A stretch of 64,000 nt of DNA. Source: Escherichia phage AV110. A model generated the notes under the pieces. The model was not told where the DNA came from. It saw nothing but the letters and a program-made list of their open reading frames with translations, and ran no database searches. A program made the translations under genes and the position numbers. This document shows, piece after piece, positions 44,423 through 55,900 of this stretch. The DNA lies in the sequence record OR352940.1; one strand, 5' to 3'. How positions within the stretch are numbered: position 1 is the first letter of the stretch; every line of letters starts with the position of its first letter.

Positions 44423-45244
44423 TTAAGATTTCCAAACAGTATTCGCAGAGAAACGTTTTCCTTTTGACATAAACTGCTGAGTAGGTAACATGATTATGTT
44501 AGCCCAGTCTTTAGGAGCTATTTCTGTTATTGTTCCTCTAATGTGGCCTGGCAGATATGCTTTAATCATTTTGTCAGCACCTTGAAATCCTTTCACCTTG
44601 CTCCAGTCTATCTTCAACTTTGTGTTATTAGTAATAGTAGTTGTGCTAGCATATTGCTTCAGCAATTCTTCAAGAAACTGTTGACGTGCTTTAGGTGGGA
44701 TATAGTGCAAGTTTAATCCATACATCAAATTATGTTTACCTAATCCTAAATAAATAATCAAAGGATATCTGTCCCAATACGGCAGAGTATCTTTATGTTT
44801 AGCATCATACACGTAAGTATAAATTTTGCCTGGCGTAGGCTTGACTACTTTATGACCTTTTACACTTTTCTTAATTGTTTCAACAAACCACTTAGATGAT
44901 TTGTTGTTTACTGCTGCGCCTTCATTTCTAATCTTTTCTCGTATTGAACTGCGAAACGAGTTTATCATCAGAAGTTGACGTTCTTGCTTATTGAGTTTAT
45001 TTTTAGGTTTAGATTCAAGCGTTTCAATTTTCTGTGCGGTCTTAATAGATGATGCATATCTAGACATTGCAGATGTAAACGACGAGTATTTTATTCCTTT
45101 TGATTCTGCAAATGCTTTTGCAGTGATTCCTTTCTCTTTAGCTTTCTTGTATTCTAATCCTATCTCAATCCATTTTCTTTCATTCATAGACTGAGCAATC
45201 TTAGGGGCTTGTACGCCTTCAGATATAATTTGGAATATGCTCAT
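44423..45244 (-). CDS. 2: DNA end-protector protein gp2
   Basis: 273-aa ORF; synteny and size. Confidence 0.7.
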   Translation of the reverse strand: MSIFQIISEGVQAPKIAQSMNERKWIEIGLEYKKAKEKGITAKAFAESKGIKYSSFTSAMSRYASSIKTAQKIETLESKPKNKLNKQERQLLMINSFRSSIREKIRNEGAAVNNKSSKWFVETIKKSVKGHKVVKPTPGKIYTYVYDAKHKDTLPYWDRYPLIIYLGLGKHNLMYGLNLHYIPPKARQQFLEELLKQYASTTTITNNTKLKIDWSKVKGFQGADKMIKAYLPGHIRGTITEIAPKDWANIIMLPTQQFMSKGKRFSANTVWKS

Positions 45245-45246
45245 AA

Positions 45247-45696
45247 TTACCCCTTGTATCCGAGTTTTCTAAGACCATCTTCGGTTAGAACTCGAAATTT
45301 TATATTTCTCTTTTCTGCGACAGCAGAAGCAGCTTTCCATTTGTCGCAGTTCACAGACCAGGTGTATATTTCATTCATATAACGTTTCTTTGCTGCGGTA
45401 GTAAGATTTGCAGGCTTAATAGGTGGTTGAGTTTCTTTCTTTGGTTTTATTTCTACAAAGAACTCTTGACCTGATGCATCTTTCATCCATATGTCCATAT
45501 AGTATCGACGTTTCTTACCTTCAGCATTACAAAAATATGGAATTACTGCTGTTTCACTACCCCATGCAATAATTTCCGGATTTTTATCCAACCATTCGAA
45601 AAAGAATTTTTCCCAGTTTGAACGATACGTTATTTTGGTATGGTCTCCACGGTATTTTTTTAAATTTTTCGGGACCCATTTACCAGAGTAGGCCAT
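45247..45696 (-). CDS. 4: Head completion protein gp4
   Basis: ORF track 45247..45840 trimmed to MAYSGKWVP at 45696 (SD GGAGGA); late promoter upstream. Confidence 0.75.
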   Translation of the reverse strand: MAYSGKWVPKNLKKYRGDHTKITYRSNWEKFFFEWLDKNPEIIAWGSETAVIPYFCNAEGKKRRYYMDIWMKDASGQEFFVEIKPKKETQPPIKPANLTTAAKKRYMNEIYTWSVNCDKWKAASAVAEKRNIKFRVLTEDGLRKLGYKG

Positions 45697-45707
45697 GTTG
45701 TCCTCCT

Positions 45708-45715
45708 TATAAATA
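45708..45715 (+). promoter_or_regulatory. Late promoter TATAAATA (plus strand) for gene 53
   Basis: Exact octamer 43 nt upstream of the gene 53 start. Confidence 0.65.
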
Positions 45716-45723
45716 GTATTATT

Positions 45724-45731
45724 ATTTATAC
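45724..45731 (-). promoter_or_regulatory. Late promoter TATAAATA (minus strand) for gene 4
   Basis: Exact octamer 28 nt upstream of the gene 4 start. Confidence 0.65.
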
Positions 45732-45757
45732 CAATTTCATATTGGAAGGAGACTATC

Positions 45758-46333
45758 TTGTTATTTACATTCTTCGACCCAATAGGATATAGTGCTAAAA
45801 CAGTTAATAAGAACGCACCTACTATTCCTATGACAGACATATTTCGTAACTATAAAGAGTACTTTAAGCGTGTTGCTGCCAATTATAGATTACGTTCTTA
45901 TTATATTAAAGGCTCTCCGCGTCCTGAAGAACTAGCGAATATCATTTATGGTAACCCGCAATTATACTGGGTTCTTTTGATGTGCAACGATAACTACGAC
46001 CCGTATTATGGTTGGATTACATCTCAGGAAGCAGCGTATCAAGCGTCTATTCAGAAATATGCAAATGCTGGTGGAGACCAAATTCTTTACCATATTAACG
46101 AGAACCGTGAGAAATTTTACAATTTGGTTTCATATCCAGACGAGCCTTTAGTGTGGTACGATAAAGGTGATGAAGCTCGTAAGTATCCGCAATATAAAGG
46201 ACCTTTAGCTGCAGTAGATACTTATGAAGCTGCAGTATTAGATAATGAAAAACTTCGTAAAATAAAAATTGTTGCAAAAGAAGATATAAACTCGTTTATC
46301 ACAGATTTGATTCGTGAGATGGAGATTGCATAA
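45758..46333 (+). CDS. 53: Baseplate wedge protein gp53 (apparent TTG start)
   Basis: 191-aa ORF beginning at TTG 45758 with SD GGAAGGAG 7 nt upstream; N-terminus MLFTFFDP matches remembered T4 gp53. Confidence 0.85.
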   Translation: MLFTFFDPIGYSAKTVNKNAPTIPMTDIFRNYKEYFKRVAANYRLRSYYIKGSPRPEELANIIYGNPQLYWVLLMCNDNYDPYYGWITSQEAAYQASIQKYANAGGDQILYHINENREKFYNLVSYPDEPLVWYDKGDEARKYPQYKGPLAAVDTYEAAVLDNEKLRKIKIVAKEDINSFITDLIREMEIA

Positions 46334-48066
46334 TGGAAATGATTAGCAGTAGCCTTAATTGGTTCGTGGGTGTTGTCGAGGACAGAATGGACCCATTAAA
46401 ACAAGGGCGAGTTCGAGTGCGAGTAGTTGGACTTCATCCCGCACAGAGAGTACAAGGCGACGTGCAGGGTATTCCTACAGAAAAACTTCCATGGATGACT
46501 GTTATTCAACCTATTACGTCTGCATCAATGTCAGGTATTGGTGGTTCTGTTACAGGTCCTGTTGAAGGAACTCGAGTATATGGTCATTTCTTAGACAAAT
46601 GGAAAACAAACGGGATTGTACTTGGTACATATGGTGGAATCGTACGTGAAAAGCCTAATAGACTTGAAGGTTTTTCAGACCCGACAGGTCAGTATCCGCG
46701 TCGTTTAGGTAATGATACGAACGTATTAAACCAAGGTGGTGAAGCTGGTTATTATTCGAACTCTAACGTAATTCAAGATAACAACTTGGATTATGGTATA
46801 AACCCAGATGATACAGATTTAGCAAATATTCCAGAAGATGATGACCCTAATTTTACAATAACAGAAATGTTACGTCGTGATGAAGGTCTTCGTGATAAAG
46901 TGTATTGGGACCATCTCGGGTATCCTACAGTAGGTATTGGACACCTTATCGTAATGGAAAAGACCCGAGATATGTCTCGAATTAATAAATTGTTATCTGA
47001 TCAAGTAGGGCGTGAAGTAACAGGAAATCCGGGAACTATTACATTAGAAGAAGCAACAGCGTTATTTGAGAAGGACCTTGCTAAGATGCAGAAAGACATT
47101 CGTTCTAATTCTAAAGTGGGTCCTGTTTATGCTAAAATGAACAGATCTCGCCAAATGGCATTAGAAAACATGTGCTTCCAAATGGGCGTTGGTGGTGTAG
47201 CAAAATTCAATACTATGCTTAAAGCAATGGCCGAAGGTGATTGGAAAACTGCATACAAATCTGGGCGCGATTCATTATGGTTCCAACAGACTAAAGGACG
47301 CGCTTCACGTGTAACAACAATTATTTTAACCGGTAACATGGAATCATACGGTGTTCCTGTTAAAACACCGCCTTCACCAGGAGTTGGTGCCGATTTAGTT
47401 ACTAGAAATACTGATTCAGAAGACCCGGCTGGTCCTCCTGTTCCATTAGATTCACGCATCCTTTTTAAAGAACCGGAATCAAGTTATCGTGGTGAGTATC
47501 CATATGTTCATGCTATGGAAACAGAAAGCGGTCATATCCAAGAATTTGATGACACTCCAGGTAATGAACGTTATCGTTTAGTTCATCCAACAGGGTCATA
47601 TGAGGAAGTTTCTCCGTCTGGGCGTCGTACTCGTAAAACTGTAGAAGACCTTTTTGACATCACTAATGGTGATGGGAACTTCTTGATTTCTGGCGATAAG
47701 CTTGTTAACGTTGGTGCTAATGAAATATATTATAACATGGCAGACCGCCTCCATCAAATAGACGGCAATGACACAATCTTTATTCGTGGTAACCAATCTA
47801 AAACTGTTGAAGGCGATGGAACTCTTTACGTTAAGGGTAATATCAAAATAGTTGTTGACGGAAATGCAGATATTCTTGTTAAAGGTGATGCTAAAACTCA
47901 GGTCGAAGGGAATCATGATTACACCGTCAACGGAAACGTTAAATGGACCGTTAATGGTAATGTTGATATGACTGTTGCCGGGGATTGGGCAGAAACAATG
48001 TCTACAATGAGCTCAGTAGCTTCAGGACAATACACTGTTGACGGATCTCGTATTGATATTGGGTAA
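46333..48066 (+). CDS. 5: Baseplate hub / tail-associated lysozyme gp5
   Basis: 577-aa ORF; internal lysozyme domain (..MLRRDEGLRDKVYWDHLGYPTVGIGHL..) and C-terminal VxGxxxxx beta-helix repeats. Confidence 0.95.
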   Translation: MEMISSSLNWFVGVVEDRMDPLKQGRVRVRVVGLHPAQRVQGDVQGIPTEKLPWMTVIQPITSASMSGIGGSVTGPVEGTRVYGHFLDKWKTNGIVLGTYGGIVREKPNRLEGFSDPTGQYPRRLGNDTNVLNQGGEAGYYSNSNVIQDNNLDYGINPDDTDLANIPEDDDPNFTITEMLRRDEGLRDKVYWDHLGYPTVGIGHLIVMEKTRDMSRINKLLSDQVGREVTGNPGTITLEEATALFEKDLAKMQKDIRSNSKVGPVYAKMNRSRQMALENMCFQMGVGGVAKFNTMLKAMAEGDWKTAYKSGRDSLWFQQTKGRASRVTTIILTGNMESYGVPVKTPPSPGVGADLVTRNTDSEDPAGPPVPLDSRILFKEPESSYRGEYPYVHAMETESGHIQEFDDTPGNERYRLVHPTGSYEEVSPSGRRTRKTVEDLFDITNGDGNFLISGDKLVNVGANEIYYNMADRLHQIDGNDTIFIRGNQSKTVEGDGTLYVKGNIKIVVDGNADILVKGDAKTQVEGNHDYTVNGNVKWTVNGNVDMTVAGDWAETMSTMSSVASGQYTVDGSRIDIG

Positions 48067-48069
48067 TAT

Positions 48070-48585
48070 ATGGCACAAATACTTCCTTTAAATACCGACT
48101 TAGGAGAAGACATGGAAGGGGCGTCTATTGACGTCCTTTTTACTCCACAGTTAGAAACAACCGAAACTTTAGTGTCAATAAATATAACAGATTATGAACC
48201 GACACAAGGCATTACGGTAGATGGTAATCGTTTATATGGAACATATGAAAGTGTGTTTAGCTTTTCTTCGGATGCATTGAAATACCGATTAAATGATGAT
48301 TTTGAAACCGCATCTTCATGGGATGATTTACCAAAAGATGAATCCACACAGTTATATTTGTGGAGAGCTCCTCAGAATCTTCGTAAAGTGTTTAGTTATA
48401 CGGTTGAAATGATTTATAACTACCAAGAAGAAAGTTCATCGGGCGGTTCTAGAAGTGACTCTGGTACAGAACCTCCACCGGCTCCAGTACAAAAAACTCT
48501 TACTAAGGTTTATACAAAAACTATAGTAGGAAATTGGAGCAAATGGGCTCATCAATTAAGAAACTATGTTTATGCGAGGCCGTGA
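48070..48585 (+). CDS. Hypothetical protein (5.1 position)
   Basis: 171-aa ORF between gene 5 and 5.4. Confidence 0.6.
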   Translation: MAQILPLNTDLGEDMEGASIDVLFTPQLETTETLVSINITDYEPTQGITVDGNRLYGTYESVFSFSSDALKYRLNDDFETASSWDDLPKDESTQLYLWRAPQNLRKVFSYTVEMIYNYQEESSSGGSRSDSGTEPPPAPVQKTLTKVYTKTIVGNWSKWAHQLRNYVYARP

Positions 48586-48587
48586 AA

Positions 48588-48881
48588 ATGTCTGGCTTAA
48601 GTTACGACAAGTGCGTTACAACAGGTCATGAAGCATGGCCTCCTACTGTAATAAATGCTTCCCAATCTAAAGTGTTCACCGGCGGTATTCCTGTTCTTGT
48701 GGCAGGAGACCAAATAACACCTCATACAGAAATTAAAAAACCATACGAGACTCATGGAGGTGTTACTGAACCTCGTACATCTAAAGTATACGTCACCGGT
48801 AAAAAGGCCGTTCAAATGGCCGACCCAATTTCATGCGGGGATACTGTTTCTCAGGCCTCGTCAAAAGTCTTTATAAAATAG
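48588..48881 (+). CDS. 5.4: PAAR-repeat tail-spike tip protein gp5.4
   Basis: ORF track 48534..48881 trimmed to MSGLSYDK at 48588; matches remembered T4 gp5.4. Confidence 0.85.
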   Translation: MSGLSYDKCVTTGHEAWPPTVINASQSKVFTGGIPVLVAGDQITPHTEIKKPYETHGGVTEPRTSKVYVTGKKAVQMADPISCGDTVSQASSKVFIK

Positions 48882-48889
48882 GAATTAAA

Positions 48890-50863
48890 ATGGCAAACAC
48901 TCCTGTAAATTATCAATTAACCCGAACAGCGAATGCTATTCCCGAGATTTTTATCGGGGGCACATTTGCCGAAATCAAACAGAACATTATCGAATGGCTT
49001 AATGGGCAGAATGAATTTCTTGATTATGATTTTGAAGGTTCACGCTTAAACGTATTGTGCGACCTTTTAGCATATAACACTCTTTACATCCAACAGTTCA
49101 GTAATAGTGCAGTGTATGAAAGTTTTATGCGTACTGCAAACTTGCGTAGTTCTGTTGTACAAGCGGCTCAAGATAACGGATATCTGCCTTCATCTAAATC
49201 AGCAGCACAAACAGAAATTATGCTCACATGTACGGATGCATTAAATAGAAACTATATCACCATTCCACGTGGCACTCGTTTCTTAGCATACGCTAAAGAT
49301 ACTTCTGTTAACCCGTATAACTTTGTTTCTACTGAAGACGTCATTGTAGTTAAAGACAAAAATAACCAATATTTCCCACGTCTTCGATTAGCTCAGGGTC
49401 GTATTGTTCGCACTGAATTAACATTTGATAGATTAAAACCTATCATTATTCGTGATAAGAATATTGACCGTAATTTGGTTAAGTTGTATGTTGATGGAGC
49501 AGAATGGATTAACTGGACTCGTAAGTCGATGGTTCACGCTGGTTCTACGTCAACAATCTATTATATGCGTGAAACAGTTGATGGGAACACCGAATTTTAT
49601 TTTGGTGAAGGCGAAATCTCTATTAACACATCAGAAGGTGCGTTAACATCTAACTATATTGGTGGCCTTAAACCTGTTCAGGGTTCTAAAATCGTAATTG
49701 AGTATATTTCTACTAATGGCGCAGATGCTAACGGTGCTGTAGGATTTTCTTATGCTGATACATTAGCTAATATCACGGTAATCGATATTAACGAGAACCC
49801 TAGCAATAACCCAGACTTTGTCGGGGCCGATGGTGGTGGTGACCCTGAAGATATTGAACGTATCCGCGAATTAGGCACAATTAAACGCGAAACTCAACAA
49901 CGTTGTGTAACCGCTTCCGACTATGACACATTCGTCTCTGAGCGGTTTGGTTCTATTATTCAAGCGGTTCAGACGTTCACTGATTCTACTAAACCCGGTT
50001 ATGCATTTATTGCTGCTAAACCTAAATCAGGTCTGTATTTAACTTCTGTCCAACGCGATGATATCAAAAACTATTTAAATGATTATAACTTAGGGACTAT
50101 TACACCTGTTGTTATTTCGCCTGATTATTTGTTTATCAAAATGAATATCAAGGTTACATACGCGTTGAATAAACTCCAAGAATCAGAACAATATCTTGAA
50201 GGGCAGATTATTAATAAAATAGACCGATATTATATCGAAGATGTAGAAATTTTTAACTCATCGTTTGCAAAATCTAAAATGCTAACTTATGTCGATGATG
50301 CAGATATTTCTATTATTGGTTCTTCAGCTACTATTCAAATGGTTCGCGAAGTACAAAACTTCTATAAAACGCCTGAGGCCGGTATTAAATACAATAATCA
50401 GATTAAAGATAGATCGATGGAATCTAATATATTCTCGTTTGATTCGCACAGACCTAATCCAGAAAATGCAAACGAAACTATTAAATACGGTGTTCGCATA
50501 GTATCTTCTGACCGTAATGACCGTGGCATAGGTCAAGTTATTATTGGTCCATTTGCAGACGGTGATGTTGTTGAAAACGAAAATATACAACCTTATACAG
50601 GTAATGATTTTAATAAACTTACTGTTACTGACGGACGAAACAAATACTATTCAATTGGTGAAGTGAATTATCCTGCCGATTCGATTTATTGGAACATTGC
50701 TAAAATTGACCTCACTTCAGACCGTTTTGAAGTTCAAACAATTGAACTTTATTCAGACCCTGCAGATGATATTATTTTTACAAAGGACGGTTCTTTAATC
50801 GTATTCGAAAATGACTTACGTCCTCAGTACTTAACTATAGATTTGGAGCCTATTTCACAATGA
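48890..50863 (+). CDS. 6: Baseplate wedge protein gp6
   Basis: ORF track 48833..50863 trimmed to MANTPVNYQ; size and synteny. Confidence 0.85.
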   Translation: MANTPVNYQLTRTANAIPEIFIGGTFAEIKQNIIEWLNGQNEFLDYDFEGSRLNVLCDLLAYNTLYIQQFSNSAVYESFMRTANLRSSVVQAAQDNGYLPSSKSAAQTEIMLTCTDALNRNYITIPRGTRFLAYAKDTSVNPYNFVSTEDVIVVKDKNNQYFPRLRLAQGRIVRTELTFDRLKPIIIRDKNIDRNLVKLYVDGAEWINWTRKSMVHAGSTSTIYYMRETVDGNTEFYFGEGEISINTSEGALTSNYIGGLKPVQGSKIVIEYISTNGADANGAVGFSYADTLANITVIDINENPSNNPDFVGADGGGDPEDIERIRELGTIKRETQQRCVTASDYDTFVSERFGSIIQAVQTFTDSTKPGYAFIAAKPKSGLYLTSVQRDDIKNYLNDYNLGTITPVVISPDYLFIKMNIKVTYALNKLQESEQYLEGQIINKIDRYYIEDVEIFNSSFAKSKMLTYVDDADISIIGSSATIQMVREVQNFYKTPEAGIKYNNQIKDRSMESNIFSFDSHRPNPENANETIKYGVRIVSSDRNDRGIGQVIIGPFADGDVVENENIQPYTGNDFNKLTVTDGRNKYYSIGEVNYPADSIYWNIAKIDLTSDRFEVQTIELYSDPADDIIFTKDGSLIVFENDLRPQYLTIDLEPISQ

Positions 50864-53800
50864 CAGTAAAAGCGCCAGCAGTCACAAGTCTCAGAATATC
50901 CAAGTTGTCCGCTAACCAAGTTCAAATACGCTGGGATGACGTTGGTGCTAATTTCTACTATTTCGTAGAAATCGCTGAGACTAAAACGGCAGACGGTGGA
51001 ATAATTCCCCCTGCCAGCTACAGATGGATAAATTTAGGATATACTCCTAATAGCAACTGGTTCGAAAATAGCTTAGACCCATTAACTTCTTATATTATTC
51101 GTGTATCAACTGCCGCCGAAGGCTTTGAGAGATCTGATTGGGTATATACCGAAATATTTGAATCATTTCAGACTAACGCGTATACATTTCAACATATGAT
51201 TGAAATGCAATTGGCTAACACTTTTATTAGAGAAAAATTTACAAATAACAACATGGCTTATGTCGATTTTAATAACGACACTATAATGGCAGCTCTAATG
51301 AATGAATCGTTCCAATTTAGCCCTGCTTATGCGGATATTTCATCTATTAAAAATTTCATTATTGGCGAAAATGAGTATCATGAAATTCAAGGTTCGATTC
51401 AACAGGTGTGTCATGATATAAACCGTGTTTATTTGATGGAATCCGAAGGAATTCTTTATTTGTTTGAACGGTATCAGCCTGTGGTTAAAGTCTCTAATGA
51501 TAAGGGACAAACCTGGAAATCGGTTAAATTGTTTAATGACCGTGTAGGGTATCCTGTATCAAGAACAGTGTATTACCAGACAGATTACACCACGTATGTT
51601 CTTGGGTACGATAAATTATTTTACGGCCGTAAATCAACTGACGTTCGTTGGTCTGCTGATGATGTGAGATTTAGTTCTCAAGATATAACATTTGCTAAAA
51701 TTGGTGACCAGTTAAATTTAGGATATGATGTAGAAATATTTGGTAACTATGCATCATTACCTGCTAACGTATCACGTATTGCAGAAGCTATCGTTTGCAA
51801 TGACGATTATGTATACGTTGCTGCTCGAGATAAAGTTCGTTTTATTAAAACTAGTAATGCCCCTATTGATTCAGACCCGTTATCTCCGACATATTCCGAA
51901 CGTTTGTTTGAACAAGAAACATTTAACATCACAGGTAACCCTAAGGCAGTTTGCTATAAAATGGATTCTGTCGGTGGTAAAATATTTGCACTGATTATCG
52001 GTGAAGTTGTTAATCTTAATGACGACCCGAGGACCACTCCTATTGTTGATTCTGCTGATAAGGGTGTTTACGTTCTAGACCATGATGCTGGCACATTTAA
52101 ACGTGTGTTTGGTAATACTGAAGAAGAACGCCGTCGTATTGAACCTGGGTACACCAGTATGTCTACTGATGGTGTTGAGTTATCTATTTCATCTAGTAAT
52201 TTTAAATTTTTAGAATCAGATATTGTTGATGACCCAAAAACACAAATCAAGTACGGTTTAATCGGTGCTGTTAAATATGAGTATCCTCGCGAATGGTTGG
52301 CTGATAAACATTATCATATGATGGCATTTATTTCAACTGAAGACTCTCAATGGGAATCGTTCACTCCTCAACCAATGGAATACTATGCTGAGCCATTCTT
52401 TAGTTATTCTAGAAAGTCTGGTACTCGTTGTTGGATTAATAACTCAGACAAGGCCGTTGTAATTTATTCTGATTTACTTTACACTAAGGTTATTGAGAAT
52501 CATCCACTTAGTTCTTCAGACCGTGAAGTTCATGAATATTGGAAGGACGGTGACTGTACAATAGTGATGCCTAACGTAGATTTCACCGGATTTAAAAAAT
52601 ATGCATCAGGCATGATTTTCTATAAATCATCAGGTGAGATTATTTCTTATTATGATTTTAGTTATCGTGTTAGAGATAATGTTTCTATAATTTGGAAGCC
52701 TACTAATATATTCTTAACAGCATCGTTACAAAACCAAGAAAAAGATACCACATGGACTCCTGTAGAAGAGAATGGTATTGCAGACCCAGATTTACGACCA
52801 TTGCTCACTACAATGATGCCGGAGTCTTATCTTTTAGATAATTCAAACTTCGAAGCATTCTGTGAGGCTTATATTCAGTATCTTTCTGACGGCTATGGGA
52901 CCCATTATAACAACCTTTTAAATCTTATTAAAAATCAATATCCGCGAGAAGAACATGCGTGGGAATATTTATGGTCCGAGATTTATAAACGAAACATTTA
53001 TTTAAACGCCGAAAAACGCGATTTAGTGTCTCGTTTCTTTGAATCAAGAAGTTATGACTTCTATTCAACTAAAGGAACTGAAGCATCATATAAATTCTTG
53101 TTTAAAGTGCTTTATAACGAAGATGTTGAAATTGAAATTGAATCTAGCTCCGGGACCGAATATGATATCATCATTGAATCTGATTCGTTGACAGAAGATT
53201 TGGTCGGACAAACCATATACACCGCGACAGGACGTTGTAATGTGACGTATATCGAGAGAAGTTACTCTAAAGGTAAATTACAATGGACTGTAACAATTCA
53301 CAACCTCTTAGGACGTTTAATCCAAGGACAGGAAGTTAAAGCTGAAAGACTCCCTGGTTTTGAAGGTGAAATTGTTCGTGGTATTAAAGGTAAAGAGCTT
53401 TCTCAGAACAACATCGATTACATAAATCGTGGTAGAGCATACTACGTAATGAAGATTAAATCTAAACTTCCATCATCTCGTTGGAAATCAGACGTATTAC
53501 GGTTTGTTCATCCGGTTGGATTTGGATTTATCGCAATTACCCTTCTCACAATGTTTATTAACACCGGATTAACACTTAAACATGTTGAAACCGTTATTAA
53601 TAAATACAAAAACTATAAGTGGGATTCTGGATTACCGACTAAATATGCAGACCGAGTGGCTAAATTAGACCCACAAGGAAATGTTGAGTTTGACCCTATT
53701 ACAGGTAAAGCGATATATGAAATAGGCCCTATGGCTGGTCAAGATTATCCATTACCTGAAGATTATAACGCTGAAAACAATAACTCCATATTTCAAGGTC

Positions 53801-53958
53801 AACTTCCATCGGAACGACGTAAACTGATGAGCCCATTATTTGATGCGTCCGGAACAACATTCTCTAAATTTAGAGATTTGGTTGAACAGCGGTTAATCGA
53901 TAATGTAGGAAATCCAAGAGACCCCGTGAATCCACCACAGGTTAAATTAGATGAATGA
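50860..53958 (+). CDS. 7: Baseplate wedge protein gp7
   Basis: 1032-aa ORF, same length as T4 gp7; ATGA overlap with gene 6. Confidence 0.85.
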   Translation: MTVKAPAVTSLRISKLSANQVQIRWDDVGANFYYFVEIAETKTADGGIIPPASYRWINLGYTPNSNWFENSLDPLTSYIIRVSTAAEGFERSDWVYTEIFESFQTNAYTFQHMIEMQLANTFIREKFTNNNMAYVDFNNDTIMAALMNESFQFSPAYADISSIKNFIIGENEYHEIQGSIQQVCHDINRVYLMESEGILYLFERYQPVVKVSNDKGQTWKSVKLFNDRVGYPVSRTVYYQTDYTTYVLGYDKLFYGRKSTDVRWSADDVRFSSQDITFAKIGDQLNLGYDVEIFGNYASLPANVSRIAEAIVCNDDYVYVAARDKVRFIKTSNAPIDSDPLSPTYSERLFEQETFNITGNPKAVCYKMDSVGGKIFALIIGEVVNLNDDPRTTPIVDSADKGVYVLDHDAGTFKRVFGNTEEERRRIEPGYTSMSTDGVELSISSSNFKFLESDIVDDPKTQIKYGLIGAVKYEYPREWLADKHYHMMAFISTEDSQWESFTPQPMEYYAEPFFSYSRKSGTRCWINNSDKAVVIYSDLLYTKVIENHPLSSSDREVHEYWKDGDCTIVMPNVDFTGFKKYASGMIFYKSSGEIISYYDFSYRVRDNVSIIWKPTNIFLTASLQNQEKDTTWTPVEENGIADPDLRPLLTTMMPESYLLDNSNFEAFCEAYIQYLSDGYGTHYNNLLNLIKNQYPREEHAWEYLWSEIYKRNIYLNAEKRDLVSRFFESRSYDFYSTKGTEASYKFLFKVLYNEDVEIEIESSSGTEYDIIIESDSLTEDLVGQTIYTATGRCNVTYIERSYSKGKLQWTVTIHNLLGRLIQGQEVKAERLPGFEGEIVRGIKGKELSQNNIDYINRGRAYYVMKIKSKLPSSRWKSDVLRFVHPVGFGFIAITLLTMFINTGLTLKHVETVINKYKNYKWDSGLPTKYADRVAKLDPQGNVEFDPITGKAIYEIGPMAGQDYPLPEDYNAENNNSIFQGQLPSERRKLMSPLFDASGTTFSKFRDLVEQRLIDNVGNPRDPVNPPQVKLDE

Positions 53959-54955
53959 TTCAAGTGTTATCTATCGTGCAATAGTTACATCAAAATTTAG
54001 AACAGAGAAAATGCTGAATTTTTATAATTCAGTTGGGGATGGAGATGATAAGAACTCCATTTATATTACGTTTGGACGTTCAGAGCCTTGGGCGTCAAAT
54101 GAAAATGAGGTGGGCTTCGCCCCACCTTATCCTACAGATTCTGTTCTTGGTGTTACTGATATGTGGACCCACATGATGGGTACCGTTAAAGTTTTACCTT
54201 CAATGTTAGATTCTGTTATTCCTAGACGTGATTGGGGAGATGTGCGATATCCAGACCCTTACACGTTTAGAATTAACGATATAGTCGCATGTAATACTGC
54301 TCCGTACAACGCGACAGAAGTTGGAGCCGGTTGGTTAATTTACCGTTGTTTAGACGTCCCTGACGTAGGGCTCTGTTCAATAGAATCTTTAGATAATAAA
54401 GACGAATGTCTTAAATTAGGTGGTAAATGGACTCCGTCTGTTCGTTCTATGTCTCCTCCTGAAGGCAGAGGCGATGCTAATGGGGTTATCGAAACCGGTG
54501 ATGGATATATTTGGGAATATCTTTATGAGATTCCTGCCGATGTGTCAATTAACCGTTGCACTAATGAATATCTTGTAGTTCCATGGCCGGAAGAAATTAA
54601 AGAAGACCCCACCCGTTGGGGATATGAAAATAACTTAACTTGGCAACAAGACGACTACGGCTTGATTTATCGTGTTAAAGCTAATACAATGCGGTTTAAA
54701 GCATATTTTGATTCTGTTTATTTCCCTGAGGCAGCTTTGCCAGGTAACAAGGGTTTTAGACAGATATCAATTATCGCAAACCCATTAGAAGCTAAGAAAA
54801 ATCCAAATGACCCTAATGTTAAAGCAGAAAAGGATTATTACGACCCTAGAGACCTGCAACGTCATTCTGGTGAAATGATTTATATGGAAAACCGACCACC
54901 TGTTATTATGGCAATGGACCAAACAGAAGAAATTAACATTTTGTTTATGTTTTAA
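53951..54955 (+). CDS. 8: Baseplate wedge protein gp8
   Basis: 334-aa ORF, same length as T4 gp8. Confidence 0.85.
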   Translation: MNDSSVIYRAIVTSKFRTEKMLNFYNSVGDGDDKNSIYITFGRSEPWASNENEVGFAPPYPTDSVLGVTDMWTHMMGTVKVLPSMLDSVIPRRDWGDVRYPDPYTFRINDIVACNTAPYNATEVGAGWLIYRCLDVPDVGLCSIESLDNKDECLKLGGKWTPSVRSMSPPEGRGDANGVIETGDGYIWEYLYEIPADVSINRCTNEYLVVPWPEEIKEDPTRWGYENNLTWQQDDYGLIYRVKANTMRFKAYFDSVYFPEAALPGNKGFRQISIIANPLEAKKNPNDPNVKAEKDYYDPRDLQRHSGEMIYMENRPPVIMAMDQTEEINILFMF

Positions 54956-54958
54956 TTA

Positions 54959-54983
54959 GGGAGCCTTCGGGCTCCCATTTTTG
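54959..54983 (+). terminator. Rho-independent terminator GGGAGCC-ttcg-GGCTCCC + ATTTTTG after gene 8
   Basis: Perfect 7-bp stem with tetraloop and T-run on the plus strand. Confidence 0.75.
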
Positions 54984-54987
54984 TATC

Positions 54988-54995
54988 TATAAATA
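54988..54995 (+). promoter_or_regulatory. Late promoter TATAAATA for gene 9
   Basis: Exact octamer about 33 nt upstream of the gene 9 ATG. Confidence 0.7.
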
Positions 54996-55027
54996 GAATA
55001 TAATATCGGACAACAAAAGGCAGAATT

Positions 55028-55900
55028 ATGGCATTTTTTAAGCAAACTCCTAAACAATTAATCGATACCGGCGAAATTGGTAATGCCTCAACAGGTGATA
55101 TCTTATTCGACGGTGGTAATAAAATAAATGACGATATCAACGCTATTTACAATGCATTTGGCGATCAACGTAAAATGGCCGTAGCAGATGGAACCGGACC
55201 TACAGGTCAAACTATTCATGCCACAGGTTATTATCAAAAAGGAAAGGCGGTCGATTATCAAACTCCTATTAAACCAGGCACTATGCATGATATTGATGCT
55301 TCTGATGGTGGTGTGATTGTTATTATTGACCGTCCTGAATTAGGTGACTCTGTAGAATTCATAAACTCTAATGGGTCTATTTCTGTTAACAATCCTTTAA
55401 GTATCCAAGTAACTGATGGTTCAATTAAAGGTGTTCTTAATAATCTTGTTATTTCCACCCCTTATACCCATGTTGTTCTTCGTTGTGTTGAAATTAATGG
55501 GCCGACTTCAGTATGGAATTATTCTACTGATAGCATGTTTGGGCAGAAAGAATCTCCTGTCGATGGGACTTGGAGTCTTACAGGAAACACAGTTTCTATT
55601 CCTCTGTTTTATCGCACAGATTATAACATGGCTAAATTGCTTGTTACATGTCAATCCGCTGACGGCAGAAAAATAAAAACATGTGAAATAAATATTCTAA
55701 TAGATACAATTAACTCAGAAGTTCTTTCTACCGAATTTGCAGTAATGCGAGTTGGTAATGTAGATGAAACCGACGAGATTGCTAATATTAGCTTTAGTAT
55801 TATTAACAACTTTGCTACTATGACGATTACATCCGATATTATTGGATTACGTTCGGCAGTTAAAATTATCTCAACTCAGAAAATTGGGGTCGCTCAATAA
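55028..55900 (+). CDS. 9: Baseplate wedge / long tail fiber socket protein gp9
   Basis: 290-aa ORF; extended similarity to remembered T4 gp9. Confidence 0.9.
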   Translation: MAFFKQTPKQLIDTGEIGNASTGDILFDGGNKINDDINAIYNAFGDQRKMAVADGTGPTGQTIHATGYYQKGKAVDYQTPIKPGTMHDIDASDGGVIVIIDRPELGDSVEFINSNGSISVNNPLSIQVTDGSIKGVLNNLVISTPYTHVVLRCVEINGPTSVWNYSTDSMFGQKESPVDGTWSLTGNTVSIPLFYRTDYNMAKLLVTCQSADGRKIKTCEINILIDTINSEVLSTEFAVMRVGNVDETDEIANISFSIINNFATMTITSDIIGLRSAVKIISTQKIGVAQ

